A DNA stretch of 63,359 bases, the filler included, from Choristocarpus tenellus KU-1152 (Eukaryota; Protista; Phaeophyceae), in assembly GCA_964200185.2 (NCBI GenBank). It is 9 parts of 9 records of this genome, joined end to end, with 100 filler letters (N's around TTAATTAATTAA, not from the genome) between each part and the next. Parts side by side here need not be neighbours in the genome. Positions count along the whole stretch, not along the records: positions 1 to 9,496 come from CAXNAD020003631.1; positions 9,597 to 31,790 come from CAXNAD020000298.1; 7 more parts are not named here. One strand, written 5' to 3'. The notes under the pieces are model-generated. The model had not been told where the DNA came from and searched no databases. It saw only the letters and a list, made by a program, of their open reading frames with translations. Below, piece after piece: positions 1 through 12,700 of the stretch (position 1 is its first letter; each line of letters opens with the position of its first letter). The translations under genes and the position numbers were made by a program.

Positions 1-2193
1 ACAGCCGCAATCCCCCCCCAGATACTTTGAGCCTGTCCCTCCCCAATCATCTCTTATCCCCTCCTGCCTCCTCCTACATTATTACTCATTTTTGTTGGTT
101 AATCGAGTCAGTGACCCTATCATTTCGAAAATTGTTCCAGATGGCAATGATGCTACCACCATGCAGTTTATATTGAGTCCAAGAAGCGACCTATCTCTCT
201 TGAGCTCACTTTTGCCGACTATCAAATCCCCACATAGCCAAGTCTGGCCTCTTTAAGTCCACCTTCTGTCGTTTCTTATCCCGCTCATGCTCTCCAAGTC
301 CGACAGATCTGTATCAAGCCGTCCAAGGAGGGTAAGCAGAAGGGTAGCAGTGGTGAAAAATTGTGTTTGGGGGGTTATGAAGGAAAAACGCCAAAGTTGG
401 AGTAGGGAAGGAACCTACAAGGGAGAGACTCAAGATCAAGAACAAATGGAATCAACTCATACAAAATAAGAGGTCGTTATTTTGTTCAAGATCTGGAGAA
501 ATGGTTGACATTGCGTTCTAAATACTAATGCAATATAGAAAATCAAATGTTTTAATACTTCGAAGCAATGATACTCTTGAGAGACATATTTTATGAAAAA
601 CTCTTTAACAGAATTCAGAAAATCCCACACACACATTTGTAACTGAATAGATATAAAGCCAAAATTTTGCGCACATTTGTGTGCATCATTACAATGCAAT
701 TCTGGGTACATCTCGCTTACCTTGACTCAAAGTGTCAAAAAATATATTCACCAACTGAGTCACAATCTTAGCAACATGGCAAAGCCATTACAACTACTAC
801 GTATGTAATTATTACTCTCCCTACTATGCTTCTAAAAGTGATTGGCGGCCATCTCACTTTATTGTGTATCCAGGGCGAATTGATGAGATTCGTAGGAGCT
901 CATAGGCCACAGCCTTCTGGTACGGGTCGGAGCAGTCCAGGGAATACCTTTGGGGCATCCGATTTCGGGTCATTTGTGAAGAGAGGAGTTGTTTGTCACG
1001 TTTACTAATCTCATTAGTTCAATTGTTAGTACCTATTCCATTGCTAGGCTTTCTTCCACCTCTGAAATTTCCGGATCCTCTTCCCCTTCTTTAAATTTCC
1101 TATTCTTGGAACTTCTGTTGCGTTTCAAAATTCGAATGCTTTGACTATTCTTATCCCAGTGTTGAGTTGCCCGGCATTCCACCACCACCTTCTTCCCTTG
1201 TGACGTTGCTTCCATTGATCGTTTTAGAGTTCTCAACTTCTTGCACAGATATCGATCCAACTCCTCAATCGAAAGCCTGCCCTGGCTTGGTGCAAGGGAA
1301 AAACCCTTCATAACCCACACCTTTTCTTCGCTGCATGCCTGCGCTTGCCTGTTCACTTCCCACTTTTAGATCTTCTTTCACACAGAACACGTGTCTCAAG
1401 TATTTTGAGATCAATTAACCCCATGAGAGTATGTTTCACCGATTGTCATCCCATCAGGTATATATTGCTGTTGAGTCAGGGTGTCCAACGCATTGCCCAA
1501 ATTGTCGATGGTGAGTTCCACTCTTACCCAATCCCCTGCTAGGGAGGACTCCAAGATTCTAATCATTCTTTCCAAATGCTACCTTCGCCTAGTGGGTACT
1601 GTTTTTGGAATTCAATTATGTACTTGGAAGTGGATAAGACTGTCAACCCCTTCGCTTCACCCCAAGGGTTGCTCAAAATGCACCGGTACCTCCATCCCTT
1701 GACCCTCCTCCAGGCTGGAATGAGATCAGCCTAAGCCATTACTTTTCTTTGGAGGACAGGGGATCAAATGGATTATGGGACACTCTAGCACTGGTGACCT
1801 TACCTCCCTGTGGCATATAGCGGATCAAAAAGGTTGTTCTCGGACTTTCGACTCTCCATGCTGCAACCGCTGAGTCCAATGGTTCTGCGGAGTGTCCAGG
1901 AGTTCATGCTTCGAACCAGCATACGCCCACCATTGAAACCAATACTGGGGGGGGGATTTCAAAGCACCCCAATAGCGTGGGCGAGTGGAAGGGTCAACGG
2001 AAATGCCAGCGATAGAAGGTTTCGAGACATTGGTGATGTCAGATTCCATGCACAACTTGAGGAAAATACATACTGTATATCATACGTCTTCGGATTGAGA
2101 AAGAAAGCAGGAAAAGTATGCAACTAGTGTCAAGAACAGTACGAGGAAATCAACTTTCCCCTGCTTCAAGTCCCCAAACTGGGACAAATTATT

Positions 2194-2447
2194 GAGTGAA
2201 AGTATCTTAGAGGGTGCGACTTTTGCCCTGTTTGTACGTTTGGGACTTGGCTTCCCACGGGTTTTTCTATGACATTTTCCTACTCCAAAAGTTTCAGAGT
2301 AGGTAAACTGTGTACATTATGACAAATTGTGTACAGAGCAAGCATATTGGCACTTCCTAACATGATAGCCAAAATTACATCAAAATCGCAACATTGGATT
2401 TTGGGCCCCAAATGGACACGGCTCTACCCTCTAAGATACTTTGACCA
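2194..2447. mobile_element. MITE family A (about 255 bp)
   Basis: TIR GAGTGAAAGTATCTTAGAGGGT / CCCTCTAAGATACTTTGACCA, with TSD att/att. Confidence 0.9.
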
Positions 2448-2604
2448 ATTGAGGGATTGTGAATTTTATGTTCCAACACTACCTCCTACAATAGGATCCT
2501 CAACAGTAGAGCTCCAGACTAGGGCTCGATAAAAGCAAGATAGCTAAACCAGGCGATAGATCTATGGGGTTATTAGTGCTCATTGTTTCAGTGCTTGTTT
2601 TTGC

Positions 2605-5600
2605 CTGTTCCCGCTGAGGTTGAGCACCTCCAGTCTGTCGTTCTTCTCCAGTCCTTGTGCAATAACCAGTACCCCACGTGCTGAAATCTCATTGTAGGAA
2701 AGATCCAGGTTGACTAGGCCGCAGTTCACCTTTGTCCAATAAAGAAGAGGTATCATCATGCAAAACATATGGTTCAGATAGTGGCTATTGATATAATATT
2801 GTACAAACCCACATCAGTGAGGAACTTCCAGCGACTGATATTCCCTTCTCTTGGAAGGGCCAGGAGTCTGAAGAACATCCTGAATGGAGTAGGTGCAGTT
2901 TCGATGGATACACTACAAAATCAATCAGAGATTTATTAATAGTGGGAGAGTGTGTGTGCTGGGTGGTTTTTGCTTAGAAGATAAAGGCACCTAGCTAAGT
3001 TATCAGTCTAACAAGCACAACTCTGTTACCATCCCCCCCCTTAACCAACTTCACTGCAATCATTACCCCCACTAACCCCACTTTCTTCCCTTGACAACAT
3101 GCTCTACCCCTGTACCACCAAGATGTACACTACCATTGCCCCCATCGCTCACCAACAGGGCCTGTCCGATGGCCTGAGCACCCCTGTCCCCAATAGCATT
3201 GTAGGACACATTTAGCCACTCCAGAGTGTGGTTATTCTCCAGGGCGTTCCCAAGGAGAATCCCGCTCTGAAATAGGAAGAACGCAGGCAAGAGCAAAGGA
3301 TTGGTGCAGTGGGAAGGGCTGGGTAGATGGGATCTCAAGAAAGGGAACGATAGGATAGTGACATGTGCGGGTAAGGGTATGGAGGTCTGAAAGACAGTCG
3401 CAGAAAGAGGACCTATACTAGAGCTGGAAGGCTATAGAGCTAGGGTTGGGGCTGGGGCTGGGGCTGGGGCTGGGGCTGGGGCTGGGGTCAGGATTAGAGA
3501 GTTGCACAAATAACACCGGTAGAGTTTAAACAAGATGTAGGGGCAGTGTGAGGTATTAATTGAATAGGTAAGCTTTCGCCAATATAGTAAATGCAGCAGA
3601 TTATAGGTCTAACCGAGCAAACAGCATGCTCTCACCCTGCAACCTTTTCCTATCTTGTAGATCTTTTTACAGCATAATCACTTTACTAAAGGCTGGGGGG
3701 CAGGGTTAAGGGGTGGAGAGGGGTAAGTGGGAGGAGGAATGGTCAACGCCTCCAGGTGTCGGGAAGGAGGTAAAGAGGGTACAGTGCACATCTCCAAGAT
3801 ATTGGTTGGGGGGAGAGGGGGGGGGGGAGGAAGGTGGAAAATTGTTCAAGGTAGCACAAAGGTAGTATTGCTCACCAATGATAAGACATCAGGAAGTAGT
3901 GATGCAGGTGCATGCAGGACATGCATGGTTTACAACAACAGCTGATAGGTCAAAGTTGTTCTGTTCACATCGCCTCTCTCTTTGGGGACACTTGTTTGAT
4001 GTTGGGGATATTGAAGGCAAAGCAGAAAACAAACTCAAAGGACACTTCTGAGCCAAAGTAAGCCAGAGGCACCCACCCAGGGTTGCATGTTCAGGGTGGT
4101 GAAAATCACATGCAAAATTCGACTTTTTGTACAAATACGTGTGGGCACTCTTCGAAGTCCCGTCGAAATTTTTCGAACAGTAGAGAAATCAACGCTCTCA
4201 AGTCAATCTTAGTACTTCAACCATGTAAATGGGAGTTAATTCAAAAACAGAAGTTGAAAAAATGACTTAAAATCCAAAACAGCTACAAAACCTGGGTACC
4301 TCTCGTTTGCCTGGACTCTCTGTTGTTCATGAGGAGGGGAAGATGGAGGTAGAGCTAGGGTCACAGCCGGAATTTGTTGAAAGTTTTGGACTAGAATTTG
4401 TATTTGGTATTTGTCTGGCATATAGTTAGTGTCCTAGAGGGAAACAGGCGTCCATTTAAGCACCTTAGTCATTTTTTTGTCACTTGTTCACTCAAGTCAG
4501 GTGTAGGGGCAACTTCCTTCATCTGGAAACACCTTCCTTTTCCTTCCCCCCTGCCTGGACCAAATCCAACAGAAAATCACCAACAAAATGGACGTCAAAA
4601 TGAGGGATTTTTTCAACACCCCATCAAATCTCGAATGGACTATTTGAGCTGTGCCCCCGCCCCCTGCTCCCCCCCTCTATGTAGTTCAACCTTGTGATCC
4701 ATTCCTTTTTTCTTGTTGAAGAATAAATATGGGCTTAGTCTTCATGTAGGGCATGGGCTTGCAAATTAGAGGAGAAATGGTTTGTGTTTGCAAACCTATC
4801 TCTTCAGGTCTTCTTTCTTAAAATAACTACACATACTGACCACCCTTTTTTTTCTAATCATTTCTGCCTTTGAGAATAATCCTCCAGAAACTTAACCATC
4901 TTCGAATCATGAATCAAGCAGGGGCGCTTCTCCTCCACCCCAAAAAATTGAAGCAAGAGCAATCTATGCCAAGCTTCCCATTGTCTCTTCCTCTCTATCC
5001 ACTTGGTATTGTTTTGGTGACAAGGCTCCACCTTGTTATTTTAATGCCAAGCCTCTAAGACCTCTATCCATAGGTGGGCAAGCAGTTTAACCCTTTTTCC
5101 ATGCAAAAAATACTGCTTCGAAATGTTACAAATCCCACTCCAAGGTGAAAAGAGTGGAGGGCATGTTCATGTACAGGCGTATGAGTTTTCTTTCAAACAT
5201 AACTCTTGGAGACTTCATTCCAAAACATTTGGAGTAAGCAATCGGGTGTATTTTCAAAACAGTGTATAAGGACTGTATCGATAATGCTGAACCGTGTTGG
5301 CAACCTGGGGGTATCAACTTCTCAACTGCATGAAGCGAAAGGCAGGAAACACTCCTCTCTTCTCCTATAATCCTACTCTACACTCTGCAATATCGTCTGT
5401 GTGGGGAGGAGGGGCAGGGGTGAAGGGGGAAGGGAGGGTGAACTTGATCCGGAGAATCATCCCTAGCAGTATATCACAATAGCAGCAGGGGCCCTTTGAT
5501 TGTGTCCAATTAAGGGAAATAATAGGTTTGTTGTCAGGAAATACCAACTATTTTTCTCAAGCGACACCATCATCTTCATTTACATGCAGGGAAACAAACC

Positions 5601-6115
5601 TTAGCACCAAGGCAGTTCCACTGCAGGTCTATTCTTCTTAATGTGGTGTTACAATCTAGTGCCTGAGCAATGCCACACCCCCCTGTCAGGATGGAAGAGG
5701 TCTGCATCTTCTCAAAGCTTCCACCAATGGCATTATCACTGAAGTCCAGGAAGGTAACTGACCTGTTGTGGCCCATTGCCTGTTCTCTCCACAAAATCCC
5801 CACCATTGCATATTGTTTGTGTGTGTTTTTGTTTGTGTGTGTGTGTGTGTGTGAAAGTATCTTAGAGGGTACGCGTTTTACCCTGTTTGTCCCTTTGGTG
5901 CTTGGCTCCTCATGGGTTTTTTTATGACATTTTCCTACTCAAAAATGTTTTAGAGTAGGTAAAATGTATACGTTATGAAAAGGTGTGTCCGGAACAAGGA
6001 TATTGGCACTTCCTAACAAACACGATAACCAAAATTATATCAAAATTGCAACATTGGATTTTGACCCCCAAATGGACAGCGCTCTACCCTCTACGATACT
6101 TTGACTCTGTGTGTA

Positions 6116-6151
<36 letters not shown>

Positions 6152-6787
6152 TGTGTGTACCTCATTGCAGGAAAGAAGTGTTGAAGGAGCTGATGACAAC
6201 AGATTTACCGATAGTGCAAGGGTCACCCCAATAACTTATTTCATACTGCAGCACAATTCAAATGAAGCTCCGAAGAACAAGTTCGTTGCCTGTCTGCAAT
6301 GACTTCCAAGGTTGTCAATCCGGTCCTATCACTCCGTGCATGCCTCCACGTGAAGTGGGACTATGTTCCAGCGCTTCACAAGTAGGATAAGAAGAAATAG
6401 AGACCCCACAATTCCTGCAGCTTTTTTTTAAACTGAAAAATTGTGGGGCTGGAGGTGAATCAATTCCACTGGTTCTGGGAGTCGAAAAAGTAGTCTCGAT
6501 TACAAGTTAAATGAACCAGGAAAATTTCGATGAAGTCACTCATAATCCAAGCATACATGCCACGTGCGTAAATGGAGACGCACGATAGCCGAACTGTGCA
6601 GGCGTTGTGAGCGGTGAGCACTTTACGTGCGAAAAATATTCGACCGAAAAACCACTCTAAGTTTTCGGTTTCGATTAACTTCGATGTGATTGAATCGTAC
6701 CAACTAATCGCCCCTAACCTAGATGTGTCTGTATCCTTAAGTAAGGGGGCCTAGATACAGCCATGGTGCTTCTCTCTCTCTCTCTCT

Positions 6788-6826
<39 letters not shown>

Positions 6827-7879
6827 TGCATACCTTGTCTGTGATCACTGCTGGCACAGGTGTCTGAAAACTTAGAAGAAATAAAAAAAGAACAGAGGAT
6901 ATGATGGCAGTTTTCGCATCCTGAGAGAGGATAACCAAGGTTCTCCGCATCAATGAACTGTGGCGTAGACTAAACGACTTGAGGGACACCTACCTCCATG
7001 ATTACGGTGGTTTCTTTTTCGTTCATGTTCGCTTTAGAAATAAGCAACTCCTTCAGCGAGCACGATGCGCTCCTCAGAAAGGTGCAAAGAGACTGGGCTG
7101 AACTTTTGTCCAGCTTGTTCTCAGATATGTCCAGGACCTTCAGGTGATAAGAAGGGAGGGCAGGGGAGGGGGAAAGGTAGGGTGCGACTCTTGCCTTCCA
7201 ACCTTTGATTGATCAGGTGTCCAGAGGGATGTACGTTAGAATAGTGTAGTAATGCGGATGTAGAATGTGATACACAGATTTTCTTCTTTTTTTGCCTGTT
7301 TCACACTGTCTCTAATCAAATCGCCATCGCTTCATGCTGAAATGAAAATGTACATCTTCAGGCCTTGGCTGTGTACATGACTAACAGGTGGAAAAAACCC
7401 GAAAAACTTCAAGGGAAACCAATAAAAAAAGCAGAGTATTTTCCTCAAAATAGATACTGAGTCTTTCCCTTCTTTCTTTTTCAGTTGTGCCCACTTTCTC
7501 CCCCTCTCACTCTGAGCCCCACTGCTCTTTTCCTCACTTCCCACCTTGCCCTTCTCCCTTCTCGATCGACATCTTCCATCTGAAACCCTAACCCTTCAAC
7601 TCTAGTGCCAATAGTTCCAAAAATGATATATATGTATGTACGTATATAATTACCCGAACACCCTGGTATGCGGAACTGCAGATGGCCTCGACGATATCCC
7701 GTACACCGACGTCAGTGAGACGGTTGTCTCTCAGGTTCAGCCTGGAAATATCTGTCAGTCCTCTCACCACGTTTGAGATTATTCTAATGTATTGGTCACC
7801 CAAGGATTGGTGAGGGAGAGACAGCTCCAGAGGTCCTTCCTCAGCTAGACCATTCACCAGAGACATGGGAGCGGTTCGA
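2605..7879 (-). CDS. RNI-like (NLRC3/LRRC74-type) leucine-rich repeat protein, partial, at least 5 exons
   Basis: Phase-compatible exons 7879-7654, 7137-6994, 5779-5600, 3266-3153 and 2729-2605 join into continuous LxxLxLSxNxI repeats (SRLNLRDNRLTD, VLDISENKLD, TFLDFSDNAIG, RRIDLQWNCLG, EWLNVSYNAIG, VNLDLSYNEIS, EVLNLSGN). Internal introns are GT-AG. The 5' and 3' ends were not identified. Confidence 0.85.
5849..6107. mobile_element. MITE family A, intronic, inserted in a TG microsatellite
   Basis: Same TIRs and interior as 2194-2447; TSD tgt/tgt. Confidence 0.9.
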
Positions 7880-9496
7880 CTGAGGGGGGATAGAATTGGA
7901 TGTTGACAAGTTCAGATGATCGCCTGTCGAAGAATTGTATTGAAATTCATAGTTCCTGTATACATGGGGCCAGCACTAGAAATCAGGGGAGGGGCTCCGC
8001 TTCAGCTCATGGGAAGATTGACCCAACATTGTGACTGCTGCTGTGAAAACGTCAATGGTCACTGGAATGGCACAACAGTGTTCATGAAACTATTGAGGGA
8101 TTGGGTTTATTATTGAACACCTCGAAGCATCATAAATGTTTTCCAATTCTATCATCGTAGCATCCCAACAGCCAAACTATCTCTTACCACTACTGCTTTT
8201 GGCTCTATGGCAAAAATATCTCCATAGCTTCTTTTTAGAGATTATTTATTTGGGGCTACTCAATTGAGAGTAAATACTCAGCAGTTAGTATCGTTGATTC
8301 TGCTGTAAGCATTGGTCAAACCAAGTTGCTGTTTGTCTTGCTGTAGTAGTGATGGCCTTCTACACATGTTGATTGTGCCTACATTGAAAGTACATCAGCC
8401 AATTGGAGACCCCAAAATCGCAAAGGGTTCGTGTTTTCAGGCTGCTGTCTCTAGCTCTTTCCACTAGACCTACTTCATACCGTAATAGGTAGGTAACATC
8501 CCATACCATTTGAGGTACAGGTCAATTGCTGTTTCTCACACACAATTTACGTTTGCCCTTTCTCAACTACAGTGAGCTGGGATACCTTGGAGGTCTACAT
8601 TGCGCGGACATGAGGGGATTCTTCTAGAAAAACTTGGGCTTTTCGCCTGAGCTATTGGTAGGTTAGCAGGATGACGACGAAAATATCGGAACTAACACAA
8701 CCCAGAGGCATTCAGGGGACAGGATAATCACTACCAGTCCTCAACATGTGTCTGAGTTGTGTGTGCGTGTAACTTAAGGTGGAGAGAATGAGGGGTCTGA
8801 ACCAGATCGCCCTTTCCCCTTCTTCTCCCCCTTTCTAATACAACCTGTGATGCCATAAGTAACACAATTGAGAACAGCAAAGTCAAAACAAATTGAAATT
8901 CTTACAGCAGAAGAGCAACGTACACCTTCCATCCTGTACTGCTTCGTTGTTTGGAGCTGAAAAAAATTAACTCTTTTGCGACGATATATGCTCGTGGCTA
9001 ACGGGTTTAGCAGAGTGACTCAGCTAGCAACGCACGGACTACCCACCTTCGCATTTGAGATGCAGTAGTAAAATTGTTTAATTTTCTGAGCACTAAGTAT
9101 GAAAATGCAAGTTCCTCTCTCAGGAAAGTACCACACTACTTTTTTTTAGTAGTAACTCGTACAGCATTGCAAACGCCTATGTATTCTTGCGTTTTCTGAC
9201 AAACACGCCGGCATAGAAGTCACATTTTCTCCTTGTACAGATGTCAAAGAGCGGGAACGAAGTGAACTTATACACTCTTGTACTGCGTTTGCTGTGCTCA
9301 CACTTCTTACAGAACATCTTACTGGGGATGCTTCAGTGCTTCCCTACTTACAACAGGATGCAGGTGCATGTCCTCTCCCTTTGCCATACAATTTGACCCT
9401 GATCACCCCCTACCCAGCTAAGGGAACCATTCATATGTGTGTACTCACCCGCACCTCCCACCCATAAACACAACCTTATATCGCACCTGCTGCCGT

Positions 9497-9596
9497 NNNN
9501 NNNNNNNNNNNNNNNNNNNNNNNNNNNNNNNNNNNNNNNNTTAATTAATTAANNNNNNNNNNNNNNNNNNNNNNNNNNNNNNNNNNNNNNNNNNNN
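9497..9596. other. Artificial contig linker; also at 31791-31890, 37668-37767, 40869-40968, 44053-44152, 53814-53913, 57251-57350, 60707-60806
   Basis: Identical 44N-TTAATTAATTAA-44N spacer with stops in all six frames. A separate 10-N gap lies at 20971-20980. Confidence 0.98.
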
Positions 9597-9744
9597 CTTT
9601 CCCCCCTCCCCCCCCCCCCGCCTCCCCCACCCCCTTCCCCCCAATTTTGTTTGCACCCCCTCTTCCCCCCCCCCCCCCCCCCCCCCCCCCGCCACCTCCT
9701 CCATTCCGCCTACATACAACAAGAAATTAAACACATAAGCTCAC

Positions 9745-12700
9745 CTCCCCAACACCATACGGATCCAGCGCAGACAGCAGCGTCTCCTTGTCCTTCCCTC
9801 TCCCCTCCCCAGTCCCCACCCCTGTCACCCTCCGACGGATCTCCCCACACCCCACACCCAAAAAGGAGCCCTTGTTTCCTTTGTCCTTCTTGGCTGCCGC
9901 TTTAGCAGCCGCCTTGGCAGCCTTGGCAGCACGTTTCATCTCTGCCTTTGCCAACTGCGCAGGCGTGAGGCCAGCATCCCCTGCCCCTTTGGATCCACCA
10001 CCGGGTCCACCACCAGAGCCACCACCAGAGCCACCACCAGATGTTGATGGCTTGCCCTCAACAGCATCATTTTTACTGCCGCTGTTGGTTGCCACTGCTG
10101 GGCCTGAGCCTCCTCCCTGTTCTTGTGCAGAGATATTTTTTTATTTTGCGAGTTTAGTGAAGTCAAAACCTCACGATTTTGATAAATAAACAAGTACTGT
10201 ATCATTGGGGAAACACTTGGTACAATATACAACTGACACGGTGATGGTATGCAACATCCCCAGACAACACCTTCCCATTTCAATCGCATCCAAGAATCAA
10301 GAATTGGGTGAATATTTTGCCTACTTCAGGGTGGGAGGGGGGGGGGTGCAGAGCAAGCTTAGCTACATGGGGTTGGGATTACTACATTAGCTACAATTTA
10401 GAGCAGCAAATTCAATGCCAAACACAAAAAGGTACAAACATTAGCACTATTATCATCAACACTAGTACAAGAATAGTAGTGTTACTACTACTATCGCTCA
10501 AACATACTGTGCTAGACATTTACTGTCCCTTCTTCTGACCAACAACACAGCAAGAAAGAGATCATAGTATGCACAACCCCCAACCCAACAACCCCAACCA
10601 AAATCAATCAAAAGAGACAGATAGACGTCCTTGCCAGAGGGGAAAGAACACCATTGTCCACACCCAGCCATCCACATCCACAGGAGGGTTGAGCTCATGC
10701 CATTACTATCAACAACGCAAAAGCAAGCGATCTACAAAAAATAATAAAGCTCTTCGTGTTTTCCATCTTCAACTTACTCTCCTCTAGACCCCACAGCACA
10801 TCACCTGCTTCTCCGCCGCCGCCTGCTCTTCCTTGTCAATGCCTTCCAAGGCTGTGAACAGTTCATCGGACAGAGCAGTTTGAAGCTCCCTCAGACATCT
10901 CTCCAGCCCAAGCCCTAATCTTTCTGCACCACCTAGAGGCGGTACGCTCGTGCAGCTGCCGTTGCCGCCTGCCCCTTCCCCTACTTCCTTCCCCCCCAAC
11001 TCCGCCTCTCCCCTAAGGAGGCGTGTTCGTCGAAGGGAGCCATCTCTGAGTACGCGCAATGCATCTGCAAGAGCAGACACGCTAGAGGCCACCTGATGAT
11101 AAAGAAGTGGGGAGGCGGGGTTTTACAAAACAATTTTTATTTTATTTTTGGCAGGCATGGGAGGAGCGGGAGTGGGTCCTTCAATCAGTCGTTCAAATCA
11201 ATCAGTGTTTGTAGCGGCGGGACTTGTTGGCTAAACTTGGTCACCCTTGTTTCGGCCTTGCATTGACATCAATACATACTTCAACCTGTGCTTCTAAAAT
11301 GGCAGCATCCTCAAATCCTACTATTGTGATGACACCAACACTTTCCCACAAGTTCCCTTCACACAGAGCAAAGACAACTGTCCGGGGACACAGTCGAGTA
11401 TCATCACAGCCGGATCACTTTCAATGCTCGTAGTAATACTCCCGAATAAAAAACTATCACTGCAAATGGATGAACACCTCTCACATTATTCATTTGACAC
11501 TACTTCTGTGTTGTTGCACTCACTCCATTTCCTAGTTACTCCCACACACCTGCAGATAGAGTACGCACCAAAATATATATGCTGCACACTTATCATTGAC
11601 AAGACCACGCCCACCGCCTGTTTTACAACAAACTCCACATGTCACTCCTCACCAACTCGCACTAAATAAATAACACCGGTTGATCACACTTCAACGAACC
11701 TATGCAAACCTATATGATTGATCCACCGTGGTGGCATTTTCCACACATCATAGCATACCTGCTGGCGGTCCAGTGGATCCACAAGACGATGCCCTTCCCC
11801 CAGCGGACCTGCCTCAACCGAATTGAGCTCAACCAGGAGAGATCTGGACGCAGACCAACAATGAAAAAAAAAAAAAAGAAACAGTGGTGCTTGGCGGTGA
11901 CGAGGATGCGATGGCCCTTGACATGACACGTTGAAGTTCAGAGAAGGCGACAAAAAAAAAAGAAAAGAAAAGAAAAATAACACAAAAAAGAGTGAAACGG
12001 CGAGATGACAAAGTTAAAAAAAAAAAAAACGGCGACAGTCAAGCGGTAACGAACAGGAACAATTCAACCAATGTATTCCTCCTCTCCCCTCCTACCCATT
12101 TCTTGAGAGTCCAATCAGATTTACAGCCTTGACCGGAAGGCCACCTTGAATGAACCGTCAGCAAAAGAAGAGGTCAGCAAAGAGAGATGAATCAAAGTGG
12201 AAGCAAGGAACTGCTGAAAACACGGGCTGAGAGAGTCACACACAGCTTGCCTGCTCCAGAAGAGGTTGAACTCACCTGCAGGTCATACCGATAGTCTCTC
12301 GAGCAGGCCCATGGTACTGTGGGATGGTACGGATAGCCCTGGAAGAACCTTCAAAGGCACTCTATGCGTGTAATCCCACCATCAATCCATCGATCCATCC
12401 ACAGTAGTGACAACAGAATTTCACATTGTGAAATAGAGGGTGCGTGAGGAAGGGCATGGACAGGCCTTGGAGAAGGGAGGGAAGCAAATAGCTCCTTGAG
12501 ACCAGCCAGGAAGGAGCTCATGGCAATTCATTTAACAACACGAGAAGATAAGACACGACATTATACTTGGACTACAATGTACTGGATGAGAACTTCACAC
12601 ACTATCCTACAGGGGACCTGCCACATGATTTAGCCAAGTGCGTCTACTTGCCAGAGAGGGTGACCTTTGAAAATTGAGCTTTTTTCCCCTTCCCCCCACC

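Noticed and set aside
1030-2130. Several 60-107 aa ORFs
   Set aside because: No recognisable motif or consistent splice structure; possibly old TE debris, but this cannot be supported.
6159-6245. Possible extra LRR exon (ALSVNLLSS)
   Set aside because: The phase-0 reading from the nearest CAG hits a stop, and the flanking exons join directly as VIME-AMGHNRS.
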